Notes under the pieces: model-generated
The model's input: the letters and a program-made list of their open reading frames with translations, nothing else
Databases searched by the model: none
What the model was told of the DNA's origin: nothing
IMG/VR virus record: IMGVR_UViG_3300031539_000159
Strand: one strand, 5' to 3'
DNA length: 34,008 bases
From: a virus
Shown here: positions 25,138 to 32,432 of the stretch, one piece after another
How the letters are laid out: every line of letters begins with the position of its first letter
Numbering within the stretch: the stretch's first letter is position 1
Translations under genes and position numbers: made by a program

Positions 25138-25174
25138 GCCTTCCGCCCAGGTTATAAAAAGGGGGTAATTGGAA

Positions 25175-25615
25175 ATGACAGAAGTATTCGTTGATTCCCA
25201 GGAAAGCGCATTCCTTATTGACAATGTGGGGGCCGTATCAAGTGACTTGTCGCCGTACATTGTGTCGGTTGACGGGCTTCCTGGGCCCAGGGAATTGTCG
25301 GACGCGACCGCGCTTGGCGCGGGCGGCCGGAACTGGCACCCGTCCCTTGAAAACGTGATAATCAACCTTGAACTCATGTGGTCGGACGACGTTGACGTCG
25401 GACCCGATACGGTCCTGGGGCCGCTTCGGACCCACACGGCCGCGGTTGACTTCAATTATGGTCCGGAAGGTCAAACGGCTGGCGATATTAAGTATTACGG
25501 CAAATGTTGGGTCCGGAACTATAAGATAACGTCCAGGGTCGGGAACCTGGTCATGGCGTCCGCTGAACTTCAGGTCAATGGAACGGTATCCAGGGGCACC
25601 TTTCCCGTAACGTAA
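25175..25615 (+). CDS. Major tail (tube) protein
   Basis: 146 aa, directly before the chaperone/TMP genes. Beta-rich C-terminus YYGKCWVRNYKITSRVGNLVMASAELQVNG. AAAAAGGGGGTAA SD precedes the ATG at 25175. Confidence 0.55.
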   Translation: MTEVFVDSQESAFLIDNVGAVSSDLSPYIVSVDGLPGPRELSDATALGAGGRNWHPSLENVIINLELMWSDDVDVGPDTVLGPLRTHTAAVDFNYGPEGQTAGDIKYYGKCWVRNYKITSRVGNLVMASAELQVNGTVSRGTFPVT

Positions 25616-25639
25616 AATCGAATAAGGGGGGAAGACGAA

Positions 25640-26098
25640 ATGAAGACAGTCAAAATTGACTTGCCCGACGGGAACACGGCCGAACTGTACGCTGAAATGA
25701 AGCATAAGACACAGGTGGCCGTCGAAGGAATAACCCGCCAATACCTGACATATCCCGAAGGCGTCGGGAAGCTGAAGGTTTCCCAGGGGGAAGACGGCGG
25801 ACCCATTCGAACGAAGGCCGTCGAAGAAGTGGAAGTTACCGTTGACCTTGAACGAATAGATTGGACCGCGGTCAACGAAATAATCATCTTGAACCAGGTC
25901 GTTTCCTGGTCCTTCGGCGAAGTGACGGCCGAAGTCCTGGGCGAACAATCCGAAGCCGTGTTCGAAGCTTTGAAACGGAAGGTCAACGAACTTTTCAGGG
26001 ATAACTTCCCTTTACAAAAAAGCGGCGCCGTGAACTCGGCGAAGGGCTGGCCCTTGCTTTCAAAGTTCCGACACGTTTTCGCGTTCCGCCGCAATTAA
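25640..26098 (+). CDS. Tail assembly chaperone (gpG analogue)
   Basis: 152 aa between the tube and the TMP. The MKTVKIDLPDGNTAELYAEM opening is typical of this family. A slippery run lies near the 3' end. Confidence 0.6.
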   Translation: MKTVKIDLPDGNTAELYAEMKHKTQVAVEGITRQYLTYPEGVGKLKVSQGEDGGPIRTKAVEEVEVTVDLERIDWTAVNEIIILNQVVSWSFGEVTAEVLGEQSEAVFEALKRKVNELFRDNFPLQKSGAVNSAKGWPLLSKFRHVFAFRRN

Positions 26099-26235
26099 GG
26101 GAAGCAATGCTGGTTACGGAAACGGGCTTCCCGCCGGACGTCCTGGGGGAAATGCCCGAACGGTTACTGGACGAAATTGTAATATATCGGGGCGTCAAAA
26201 ACGTCGTCCAATTCGGCGGCGATTGGCAACCATAA
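25640..26235 (+). CDS. Predicted -1 frameshift fusion product (gpGT analogue)
   Basis: The -1 frame continues ...KKRRRELGEGLALAFKVPTRFRVPPQLREAMLVTETGFPPDVLGEMPERLLDEIVIYRGVKNVVQFGGDWQP and stops 10 nt before the TMP start. Confidence 0.45.
26015..26022 (+). promoter_or_regulatory. Candidate -1 programmed frameshift site CAAAAAAG
   Basis: A six-A run plus G lies 75 nt before the gpG-like stop. The -1 frame is open from 26005 to 26235. Confidence 0.5.
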
Positions 26236-26244
26236 GGGGGAATT

Positions 26245-26790
26245 ATGGCCGACGAAGTTTCAACTGTAATGGTCCTTCGAATGAGGGACGAAGCTTCAGC
26301 GCAAATGAAGAACTTCGCGGGGACGACTGAACAAGCGACCCTGGCGTCGCTGGATTTCAAAATGACGCTGACGGCGGTCGGGGGCGCATTGACCGCGGTC
26401 GGGGCCCTGGTCAATCAGATTGACAACCCGACGGCGAAGCTGGCCGCGACCTTCCTTATGACCGGCGGGGCAATGATGACAACCGTGTCGGCGATTATTT
26501 CAATGATACCTTATATTCGGACCCTTATTACTTCCCTTCGCGCCCTGGCCATTACCCAGGCCATTGTCAAGGCCCTTTCGGGGCCCGTCGGTTGGGCCCA
26601 ACTAGGAATCGGCCTGGCAATCGCGGGGGCGGCAACCGCCGGTATCGTGGCAATGACCGGCGGCTTCGGCGGGGCGAAAACGGTCGAAATCAAGGGCGGC
26701 CCGCTTATCATGGAAAACGACGCGCAAATGCGCCGGTTCGCCAGCGCAATCACCGAAGCGCAACGCCGTGAAGGAAAGGTTGGTCGGTAA
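26245..26790 (+). CDS. Tape measure protein, unusually short (181 aa)
   Basis: It lies immediately after the chaperone pair. It has a helical N-terminus and a Gly/Ala-rich hydrophobic core (TAVGGALTAVGALV...LGIGLAIAGAATAGIVAMTGGFGG), as in TMPs. Confidence 0.5.
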   Translation: MADEVSTVMVLRMRDEASAQMKNFAGTTEQATLASLDFKMTLTAVGGALTAVGALVNQIDNPTAKLAATFLMTGGAMMTTVSAIISMIPYIRTLITSLRALAITQAIVKALSGPVGWAQLGIGLAIAGAATAGIVAMTGGFGGAKTVEIKGGPLIMENDAQMRRFASAITEAQRREGKVGR

Positions 26791-29700
26791 TGGTTGATTT
26801 AATTTCCGTTCGTTTCAATAGTGGTAATGTAAAAGACAATGAACTTCGGACTTACCGAATAAGGGCGACTGGAGTTTGGACTGATAATGAAACCTACGAT
26901 ATGTGTTACAAATATCGCTATGGTGTTAGCTCGGAAGAACAGATTATTGAAAATACTGCGAATTCTTTGTTTCCTACTTCAACATTTGATAGAGAAGGGC
27001 AGAGGCTTACCATACCTGGTCGAACTGTATCAAGACTAGCTTTCTACATTTTAAAAGTTGGTAATCCCACAGGTAATATCCTTTTTGGTATTAACAAGGT
27101 TTCCGACGATAGCGTCATTATGCGCAAGGTCCTGGGCGACGCCAGCACTTTACAAACGGTTAAAACTTGGGAGGAAGTAATCTTTGATACTCCTACATTT
27201 ATCAATGACGAAGTTAGACTGTATATTGAGTTTCCTTATATTCATCTCGCTACTGTAATAACGCAATTATGTACCGCCATTGACCATGATTCGGGGATTG
27301 GTCATGGTAACGTAACCGACCTGGGGGATTCGGCGGTTACGCAACACGGCCATTGTTGGAGTGAAGCCCACGGCCCGACCACGGCTGACGATAAGACCGA
27401 AAACGGGGCGAAGGTGGCAACGGGGCCCTTCACTTCAGCGATAACGGCCCTTGACCCTAGTACCACTTATTACGTCCGCGCTTACGCAACGAATACTGAA
27501 GGGACCGCGTACGGCGCGGAAGTCGAATTGACTACATTCGCGGCGGGGGCCCCGACGGTCCTGACGCTGGAATGTACCGACATTCAATCCACAACGGCGA
27601 CGGGTAACGGGAATCTGACCGACATTGGCGATTCCGCCGTTACCGAACACGGGCACGTTTGGGCGACCGACCCGAACCCGACGACCGCTGACTTCAAAAC
27701 GACCCTGGGGGCTAGGGGCGTCGGCGTCTTCGAATCCGACCTGGTTGGCCTTACCCCTGGCGAAACGTATTACGTCCGCGCGTATGCGACCAATACCCAG
27801 GGGACCGCGTACGGCGACAACGTCGTCCTGGAAACGCCGACAGCCAATCCCCCGACCGTTACGACCCAGGCTTGTTCGGCGATAAGTCCGGAATCGGCAA
27901 CCGGCCACGGGAACATTACCAGCTTCGGCGACGCTTACGTTTCCGTATATGGCCATTGTTGGTCAACCAGTCAATACCCGACGACGGCCGACGATAAGGC
28001 AGAACAAGTCTTACCGTTCGCGCCAGGGGCCTTCACGTCGGCGATTACTGGACTTCTTCCCGATACCAGGTATTACATTCGGGCATACGCGACGAATGAA
28101 TATGGGACCGCGTACGGGAACCAGGTTTCAATTTACACTTACCCAGGCGGGGCCGTTATCAATCCCGAAAACCCCGTCGGCGTTGATTGGGCCGACGACG
28201 GCGTCTTCGTTGACATAGCCGCGGACATAATGGAAGCTTATATCGAATGGGGGAAGGACCGCGAACTGAACGAAGCGACCCCTTCTTTGATAGCTTTGAC
28301 AATGGACAATTTCGACCACAAATACAGTCCGCCGAATGCGGCAAGCCCCTATAACACGGGCGGGAATACGGTTCGGGCTGGCCACAGAATCCGATTGTCG
28401 TTCGGGTACCCGTTCGACAACTTCAATGACGTTGACGGCGTCGCCATTGAAAACCACGCCGTCCCGAAGGATAGTCAATTCACCTGGTCGGAAAAGTCGG
28501 GGACCTTCTCGATATACGATAACAAGCTTCGGGAAACCGGCGGAAGCGGCGGTATCGCCGTAATTGACTTCGGGGAACCGGACGCGCATATCGAAGTCAA
28601 ATTCACCAAAGGCGCGAACAACGATTGTATTATTGTCTTCAGGTATTTGAACGCGACCAATTACCTTTACATTCGGACTGACGGAACCAACCTGGAAGTC
28701 CGAAAGGTTGACGGCGGGGCCGATTCCCTGGTTGACGAAGAAGCCCTGGCCTGGGCCAACGATACCACGAAGACAATCAAGGTTATACTTCACGGCGCCT
28801 ATATTTACGTCGTCGCTGATAATACGCTGGTCGTTAAAACCAGTTCAACCCATAACCAAACGGAAACGAAGCATGGGGTCGGCGGACCGACTATTGATAC
28901 CGACGCCAGGTACGAAGACTTCGGCGGAATCTATTCCCTGTTTTACGGGACCATTGACCGAATCATTCCGTACCCGAACAAGGTACGTCAAACGGCCCTG
29001 ATTGAAGCCAGCGACGACTTGAAGATTCTGGAACGTCATACCCTTTACAGAAGGGCATACTCATATACCGGATACCCTGGCGGAATGCGGGCGTTTATCC
29101 AGGAAGTCTATAAAAACACGGCCAACGTGTCACAGTTGGGCGAAATCATGGACATTGGCGAATCAATCAGCACGTCGCCTTATAAGTCATGGTGGGGGAT
29201 TTCGGGCTTGCGGGTATGCCGGAATGTCGAACGGGAAGAAAACGGCTTCTTCTATCAGGACCAGATTTCCTTTTGGCGGTTCGAAGCGAAGGGCCACAGG
29301 GCCGCCGCGCCCCATAACGCGTCGCGTTGTACGTTTTATCAGGATTACGAAACGAACAACCTGGCGTTTACCGGCCTGAAATGGGAAAGCGGGGAAGAAG
29401 ACGTTTTCAATATGGTTTCGGTCCATGTCGAAAAGTCCCAGGCCGACCCGTTGAACCTGGCGACCGGCGGTCAAGAGGTATGGCGTTGCGCTGAAGCGGA
29501 CGTACTGGACGCTGGCGTGACAAGCCAACTGGTAATTCCGGCCACTTCAAGCGTCGTAATCTACTTCGAATCGAAGGACTTCGATTGCCTGGAAGACTTG
29601 ATTACGCCAGCAATCGCTTCGAACGTTTACAAAATTGAAGGGAAGGTAACGGGCGGCCCCTTCCTGGAAGGCGAAACCGTGACGGGGTCCGTTTCGGGTC

Positions 29701-30584
29701 ATACGGGAAAGGTCCTGGAACAAGGCGGCGGTTACATAATCCTGGGCGATTCTTCAGGGGCTTACGACGCGGCCGATATATGGGTCGGGGCGACTTCAGG
29801 GGCGACGATTGCCATTGGTTTCAAAATCAAAGGCACGATTACCAATGGCCCGTTCCTTTTCGGCGAAGGTATTACGACCAACATTTCAACCGACACGGGT
29901 ATTGTTCGAGAGGTCGGCCAGGACTTCGTCTTATTGGAAAGTTGTTCAGGGGTCTTCAATGCTGGCGATACGGTAACGGGGACGAAGTCGGCGGCGACAT
30001 TGAACGGGACCGTGACGATAACGGTCGTCGGTTCAAAGGCGCTGATTTCCGATTACCAGGCCAACGCCGCGGCCGACGGGTCCGGCGCGGATAAGACCGC
30101 CAACCTGACCGTCGCGTTGTCTTATCCGGTTTATAATTCGTATGGCAAGGGCGGGAAGCTGACCCTGACCAATGACGACGCTTCCCCAATTTACGTCACG
30201 CGATTGCTGGTCCGCGGCGACGGGTACAATATTCAGGACCGCGGTTCCGTGTACGTTGAAGACGCCGCTTCAAAGGTGGCTTACGGCGAACATTCGTACG
30301 ACGTCAAGGCGGAAATCCTGACAAGCCTGGCCGAAGCGAAGACCCTGGCCGACGACGTGGAATCGAAGGAAGACACGCCGCGGGCGAAGGTTGAAATTAC
30401 CCTGGTCAATGCCAATAAGGAAATGCTGACGAAGATTCTATCCCTGAAGGTATCGGACCGGATTACAGTCAATTATTCCGACATGGGGATTGACGAAGAC
30501 TTTTTTATCAACAAAGTCGGTTATAACATTGGCGAAGGCGGCTTACTTGTCGAATCCGTCCTGAAGCTGGAAGAAGTATCTTGA
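26790..30584 (+). CDS. Giant multidomain distal tail protein (evolved-Dit-like) with receptor-binding-type modules
   Basis: 1264 aa with TAATG overlap with the TMP. It comprises an N-terminal domain paralogous to gene 23079, three Fn3-like repeats, a Dit-like core (N-terminal part about aa 455-545, C-terminal ...ITVNYSDMGIDEDFFINKVGYNIGEGGLLVESVLKLEE), a LamG/ConA-like insertion (about aa 560-700) and twin 62-aa repeats. Confidence 0.65.
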   Translation: MVDLISVRFNSGNVKDNELRTYRIRATGVWTDNETYDMCYKYRYGVSSEEQIIENTANSLFPTSTFDREGQRLTIPGRTVSRLAFYILKVGNPTGNILFGINKVSDDSVIMRKVLGDASTLQTVKTWEEVIFDTPTFINDEVRLYIEFPYIHLATVITQLCTAIDHDSGIGHGNVTDLGDSAVTQHGHCWSEAHGPTTADDKTENGAKVATGPFTSAITALDPSTTYYVRAYATNTEGTAYGAEVELTTFAAGAPTVLTLECTDIQSTTATGNGNLTDIGDSAVTEHGHVWATDPNPTTADFKTTLGARGVGVFESDLVGLTPGETYYVRAYATNTQGTAYGDNVVLETPTANPPTVTTQACSAISPESATGHGNITSFGDAYVSVYGHCWSTSQYPTTADDKAEQVLPFAPGAFTSAITGLLPDTRYYIRAYATNEYGTAYGNQVSIYTYPGGAVINPENPVGVDWADDGVFVDIAADIMEAYIEWGKDRELNEATPSLIALTMDNFDHKYSPPNAASPYNTGGNTVRAGHRIRLSFGYPFDNFNDVDGVAIENHAVPKDSQFTWSEKSGTFSIYDNKLRETGGSGGIAVIDFGEPDAHIEVKFTKGANNDCIIVFRYLNATNYLYIRTDGTNLEVRKVDGGADSLVDEEALAWANDTTKTIKVILHGAYIYVVADNTLVVKTSSTHNQTETKHGVGGPTIDTDARYEDFGGIYSLFYGTIDRIIPYPNKVRQTALIEASDDLKILERHTLYRRAYSYTGYPGGMRAFIQEVYKNTANVSQLGEIMDIGESISTSPYKSWWGISGLRVCRNVEREENGFFYQDQISFWRFEAKGHRAAAPHNASRCTFYQDYETNNLAFTGLKWESGEEDVFNMVSVHVEKSQADPLNLATGGQEVWRCAEADVLDAGVTSQLVIPATSSVVIYFESKDFDCLEDLITPAIASNVYKIEGKVTGGPFLEGETVTGSVSGHTGKVLEQGGGYIILGDSSGAYDAADIWVGATSGATIAIGFKIKGTITNGPFLFGEGITTNISTDTGIVREVGQDFVLLESCSGVFNAGDTVTGTKSAATLNGTVTITVVGSKALISDYQANAAADGSGADKTANLTVALSYPVYNSYGKGGKLTLTNDDASPIYVTRLLVRGDGYNIQDRGSVYVEDAASKVAYGEHSYDVKAEILTSLAEAKTLADDVESKEDTPRAKVEITLVNANKEMLTKILSLKVSDRITVNYSDMGIDEDFFINKVGYNIGEGGLLVESVLKLEEVS
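27270..28142 (+). repeat. Three tandem ~100-aa Fn3-like repeats within the giant tail gene
   Basis: The units start at aa 161, 262 and 362. Each contains GxGNxT..GD..V..(H/Y)GH(C/V)W...PTTAD...G.F.S...L.P.T.YY(V/I)RAYATN..GTAYG. DNA-level similarity is also visible (TATTACGTCCGCGC at 27469 and 27769). Confidence 0.85.
29628..30008 (+). repeat. Two tandem ~62-aa repeats (YKIEGKVTGGPFLEGETVTG... / FKIKGTITNGPFLFGEGITT...)
   Basis: Read from the translation, aa 947-1009 and 1011-1073. Confidence 0.7.
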
Positions 30585-30597
30585 AGGGGGAATGAGC

Positions 30598-30888
30598 ATG
30601 GCCGTTGAAATCATAATTGCTGGTTCAAGCCTGGTTGTCGCCGTGGTCGCCGCGGGCGGGGTCGTTATGACCTGGCGGCGAAATGGGAAGGACCAGGCCG
30701 CGCGGGACCAGGAAATCAAGGACAATCAAAGCGAAATAATCAAACGCCTGGACGACAAGGAAACGGGCTTGTCCGGCCTGAATGAAAAGATTCACGGCTT
30801 CGAAGTGAATTGCGCTAGGACGTCTTCAGGATTCGACCAGCGTATCCTTGCCGCCGAACGCGACGTCAAGGACCTGAAGCATAAGTAA
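30598..30888 (+). CDS. N-terminal transmembrane + coiled-coil protein (holin/lysis-associated candidate)
   Basis: AVEIIIAGSSLVVAVVAAGGVVMTW transmembrane helix, then a charged coiled coil. The ATG at 30598 lies 7 nt from AAGGGGG, while the ATG at 30592 is too close to it. Confidence 0.4.
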   Translation: MAVEIIIAGSSLVVAVVAAGGVVMTWRRNGKDQAARDQEIKDNQSEIIKRLDDKETGLSGLNEKIHGFEVNCARTSSGFDQRILAAERDVKDLKHK

Positions 30889-30921
30889 GCCCCTTTATGG
30901 GGGACCTGGCATTTTGCCAGG
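30889..30921 (+). terminator. Two adjacent short hairpins after the last late gene (weak terminator candidates)
   Basis: GCCCC-TTTAT-GGGGG and CCTGGC-ATTTT-GCCAGG. No clear U tract. Confidence 0.35.
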
Positions 30922-30937
30922 CGTCTTCCTTTCGGAC

Positions 30938-30974
30938 GGACCCTGGGGATTCAATCGGGCAATTCCCAGGGTCC
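30938..30974. promoter_or_regulatory. Long inverted repeat GGACCCTGGG...CCCAGGGTCC
   Basis: 10-bp perfect arms at 30938-30947 and 30965-30974, extendable to 14 bp with one G-T pair. Confidence 0.6.
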
Positions 30975-31033
30975 TATTATTTGCCCTTACCAGCGGCCCC
31001 AGGGCGGCCAACACGGGGCCCCAGGACCTTCGC

Positions 31034-31042
31034 TGGTATAAT
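31034..31042 (+). promoter_or_regulatory. Extended -10 element TGGTATAAT (candidate promoter without a -35)
   Basis: A perfect TGnTATAAT at 31034-31042 inside the non-coding hub. Confidence 0.35.
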
Positions 31043-31104
31043 CCCTTCCAGGTCCCGACAATTTCAATCCTGACGCGACGTCACCTTCGTTTACAAAAGT
31101 CACC

Positions 31105-31127
31105 TTTGTCAACCACACGTTGACAAA
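31105..31127. promoter_or_regulatory. Palindromic operator-like site TTTGTCAAC-N5-GTTGACAAA
   Basis: Perfect 9-bp arms at 31105-31113 and 31119-31127, flanked by GTCACCTT(C/T)GT direct repeats at 31080 and 31099. Confidence 0.55.
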
Positions 31128-31210
31128 AAATCACCCAAAAGAATGACCCGAATCGCCCGAAAGTATGACCCTTTCGGATAACCAATTCAGCTTCAATTCG
31201 ATATAGGGGC

Positions 31211-31240
31211 TTGACAAGGGCAATACATATCCTTTATACT
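31211..31240 (+). promoter_or_regulatory. Sigma70-type promoter P2 (TTGACA-18 nt-TATACT)
   Basis: TTGACA at 31211-31216 and TATACT at 31235-31240. The 19-mer CTTGACAAGGGCAATACA is identical to P3. Confidence 0.65.
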
Positions 31241-31281
31241 GATAATGGTCGGGTTGACTAGCCCGCCGGAAGGAAGACAAA

Positions 31282-31512
31282 ATGAACATACCGTTGGTTG
31301 AAATACTGAAGTTGGAAACCAGGCTTCCGTTGCGCCTGGTCGAAATCAACGCCGCCCTTCTGGAAGACATTCAGAAGAACGGTATCCTGGAACCCGTCGA
31401 AATCAGGATTCGGGAAGACGGGTCGCGGATACTTTGGGACGGTCTTCACAGGGTCAAGATTGCCGCCGCCCTGGGCCTGGGATTCGTACCCGTATTCTTC
31501 AGGGAAATGTAA
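31282..31512 (+). CDS. Stand-alone ParB/Srx-like N-terminal (nuclease) domain protein
   Basis: 76 aa. LEDIQKNGILEPVEIRIREDGSRILWDGLHRVKIAAALG matches the ParB N-terminal domain pattern (G.l.Pi.v...y.li.G.HR..Aa..lG). No HTH or dimerisation domains. Confidence 0.6.
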   Translation: MNIPLVEILKLETRLPLRLVEINAALLEDIQKNGILEPVEIRIREDGSRILWDGLHRVKIAAALGLGFVPVFFREM

Positions 31513-31521
31513 AGGGGTCAC

Positions 31522-31704
31522 ATGGAAGAAAAGATAATCGCCGGAATGGAAGAAGCCGAACGGAAAGCCTGGGAAGCCCTGGGCCGGTACAAGTTTCAAG
31601 TGTTCGGATACTGGTCCGGAATCTGGATTCACCTAAACAGGATTTCGGGCCTGAAGAAACCGAATCCGTTCAAAGACCTGGTCGCATTGGCAAGGACCAG
31701 GTAA
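31522..31704 (+). CDS. Small hypothetical protein (60 aa; KFQVFGYWSGIWIHLN motif)
   Basis: AAAGGGGTCAC precedes the ATG. Confidence 0.5.
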   Translation: MEEKIIAGMEEAERKAWEALGRYKFQVFGYWSGIWIHLNRISGLKKPNPFKDLVALARTR

Positions 31705-31709
31705 TCAGC

Positions 31710-31727
31710 GCGGGGTTCCTTCCCCGC
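31710..31727 (+). terminator. Short GC hairpin after gene 31522 (weak terminator/processing candidate)
   Basis: GCGGGG-TTCCTT-CCCCGC. No U tract. Confidence 0.25.
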
Positions 31728-31799
31728 CGTCGTGGTCCGAAAGGTCGGGTCCCGACGGGGCGGAAGAAGCCCGAAATAAACGAAAGGGGGCGAAAGGAC

Positions 31800-32003
31800 A
31801 TGGCGAAAATAGGTAACGAAGCGAAGCTTATCCTGAAGCTGGCCGAAGAACGTATCCAGGCCAAAGTCAAAACGCATGGCGACGAAGCCGCAAACGCGGA
31901 CGGCCAGGATAGCAAGCTGGCCACGGCATACCGGAACAAAGCCGCGGGCATGGAAGAAGCTTTGGCAATCCTGAAATCAATATACCTTGAACTGGAAAGC
32001 TAA
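31800..32003 (+). CDS. Small helical hypothetical protein (67 aa)
   Basis: CGAAAGGGGGCGAAAGGAC precedes the ATG at 31800. The upstream part of ORF-track 31434 is Arg-rich out-of-context sequence. Confidence 0.5.
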   Translation: MAKIGNEAKLILKLAEERIQAKVKTHGDEAANADGQDSKLATAYRNKAAGMEEALAILKSIYLELES

Positions 32004-32030
32004 CGAAATAAAAACCGAAAGGGGGAACAA

Positions 32031-32432
32031 ATGATTATTTGCGAAACCGAATTCCAAGTACCCGACCGGAACGACCCCGAAATCGCCTTGACCGAAGTGG
32101 ATTATTACGCCTGGATACCACAGCCCGCGGACGTACCCAATCACCGGCTTTCATTACGCTTCCGATTCGCGACCGGCCATTACGAACTATATCGGAAGTA
32201 CGTTACAACCCACGTGGCGGCCATTGTGGGGCCCCGTGGGGGCGGTATCTTCGGGGTCCAGCATAAGCCCGACGGTAACGAACAAACTATCTTCACCGAT
32301 AAGGACCTGGGGAAGGTGATTGACTATGCCGAAGGCGAAGTGAAGAAATACCACGGATACGACAAAGCGAAGGACCAGGTTTGTAACCATGAAGGCCGCG
32401 GTCGCGCCTTCGGTTGTAAGGTGGGGAAATGA
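32031..32432 (+). CDS. Hypothetical protein (133 aa), translationally coupled to the Topo VI-A-like gene
   Basis: ACCGAAAGGGGGAAC SD. ATGA overlap with the next gene. Confidence 0.6.
   Translation: MIICETEFQVPDRNDPEIALTEVDYYAWIPQPADVPNHRLSLRFRFATGHYELYRKYVTTHVAAIVGPRGGGIFGVQHKPDGNEQTIFTDKDLGKVIDYAEGEVKKYHGYDKAKDQVCNHEGRGRAFGCKVGK

Noticed and set aside
27270-30008. Possible diversity-generating retroelement or CRISPR-like repeats in the tail gene.
   Set aside because: The repeats are in-frame protein domain repeats. There is no reverse transcriptase, no template/variable repeat pair with adenine-specific differences, and no spacer-repeat architecture anywhere.
30940-30975. tRNA-like T-loop resemblance (GGGGATTCAATC).
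   Set aside because: No complementary T-stem, acceptor stem or anticodon arm can be drawn. The sequence is part of a simple long inverted repeat.
30914-31123. 69-aa plus-strand ORF inside the large intergenic region.
   Set aside because: It has a non-ATG start and no SD, in a genome where nearly every gene has a strong one. It runs through the inverted and direct repeats, and its composition looks non-coding.
31119-31149. The TTGACA at 31120 within the palindrome as a further sigma70 promoter.
   Set aside because: No acceptable -10 hexamer lies at 16-19 nt spacing on either strand. It is better interpreted as an operator half-site that happens to resemble a -35.
31131-31370. 79-aa minus-strand ORF that could be a divergent repressor gene.
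   Set aside because: It overlaps promoter P2 and 89 nt of the ParB-like gene. It has no SD and no HTH-like motif, and no other lysogeny functions are present.
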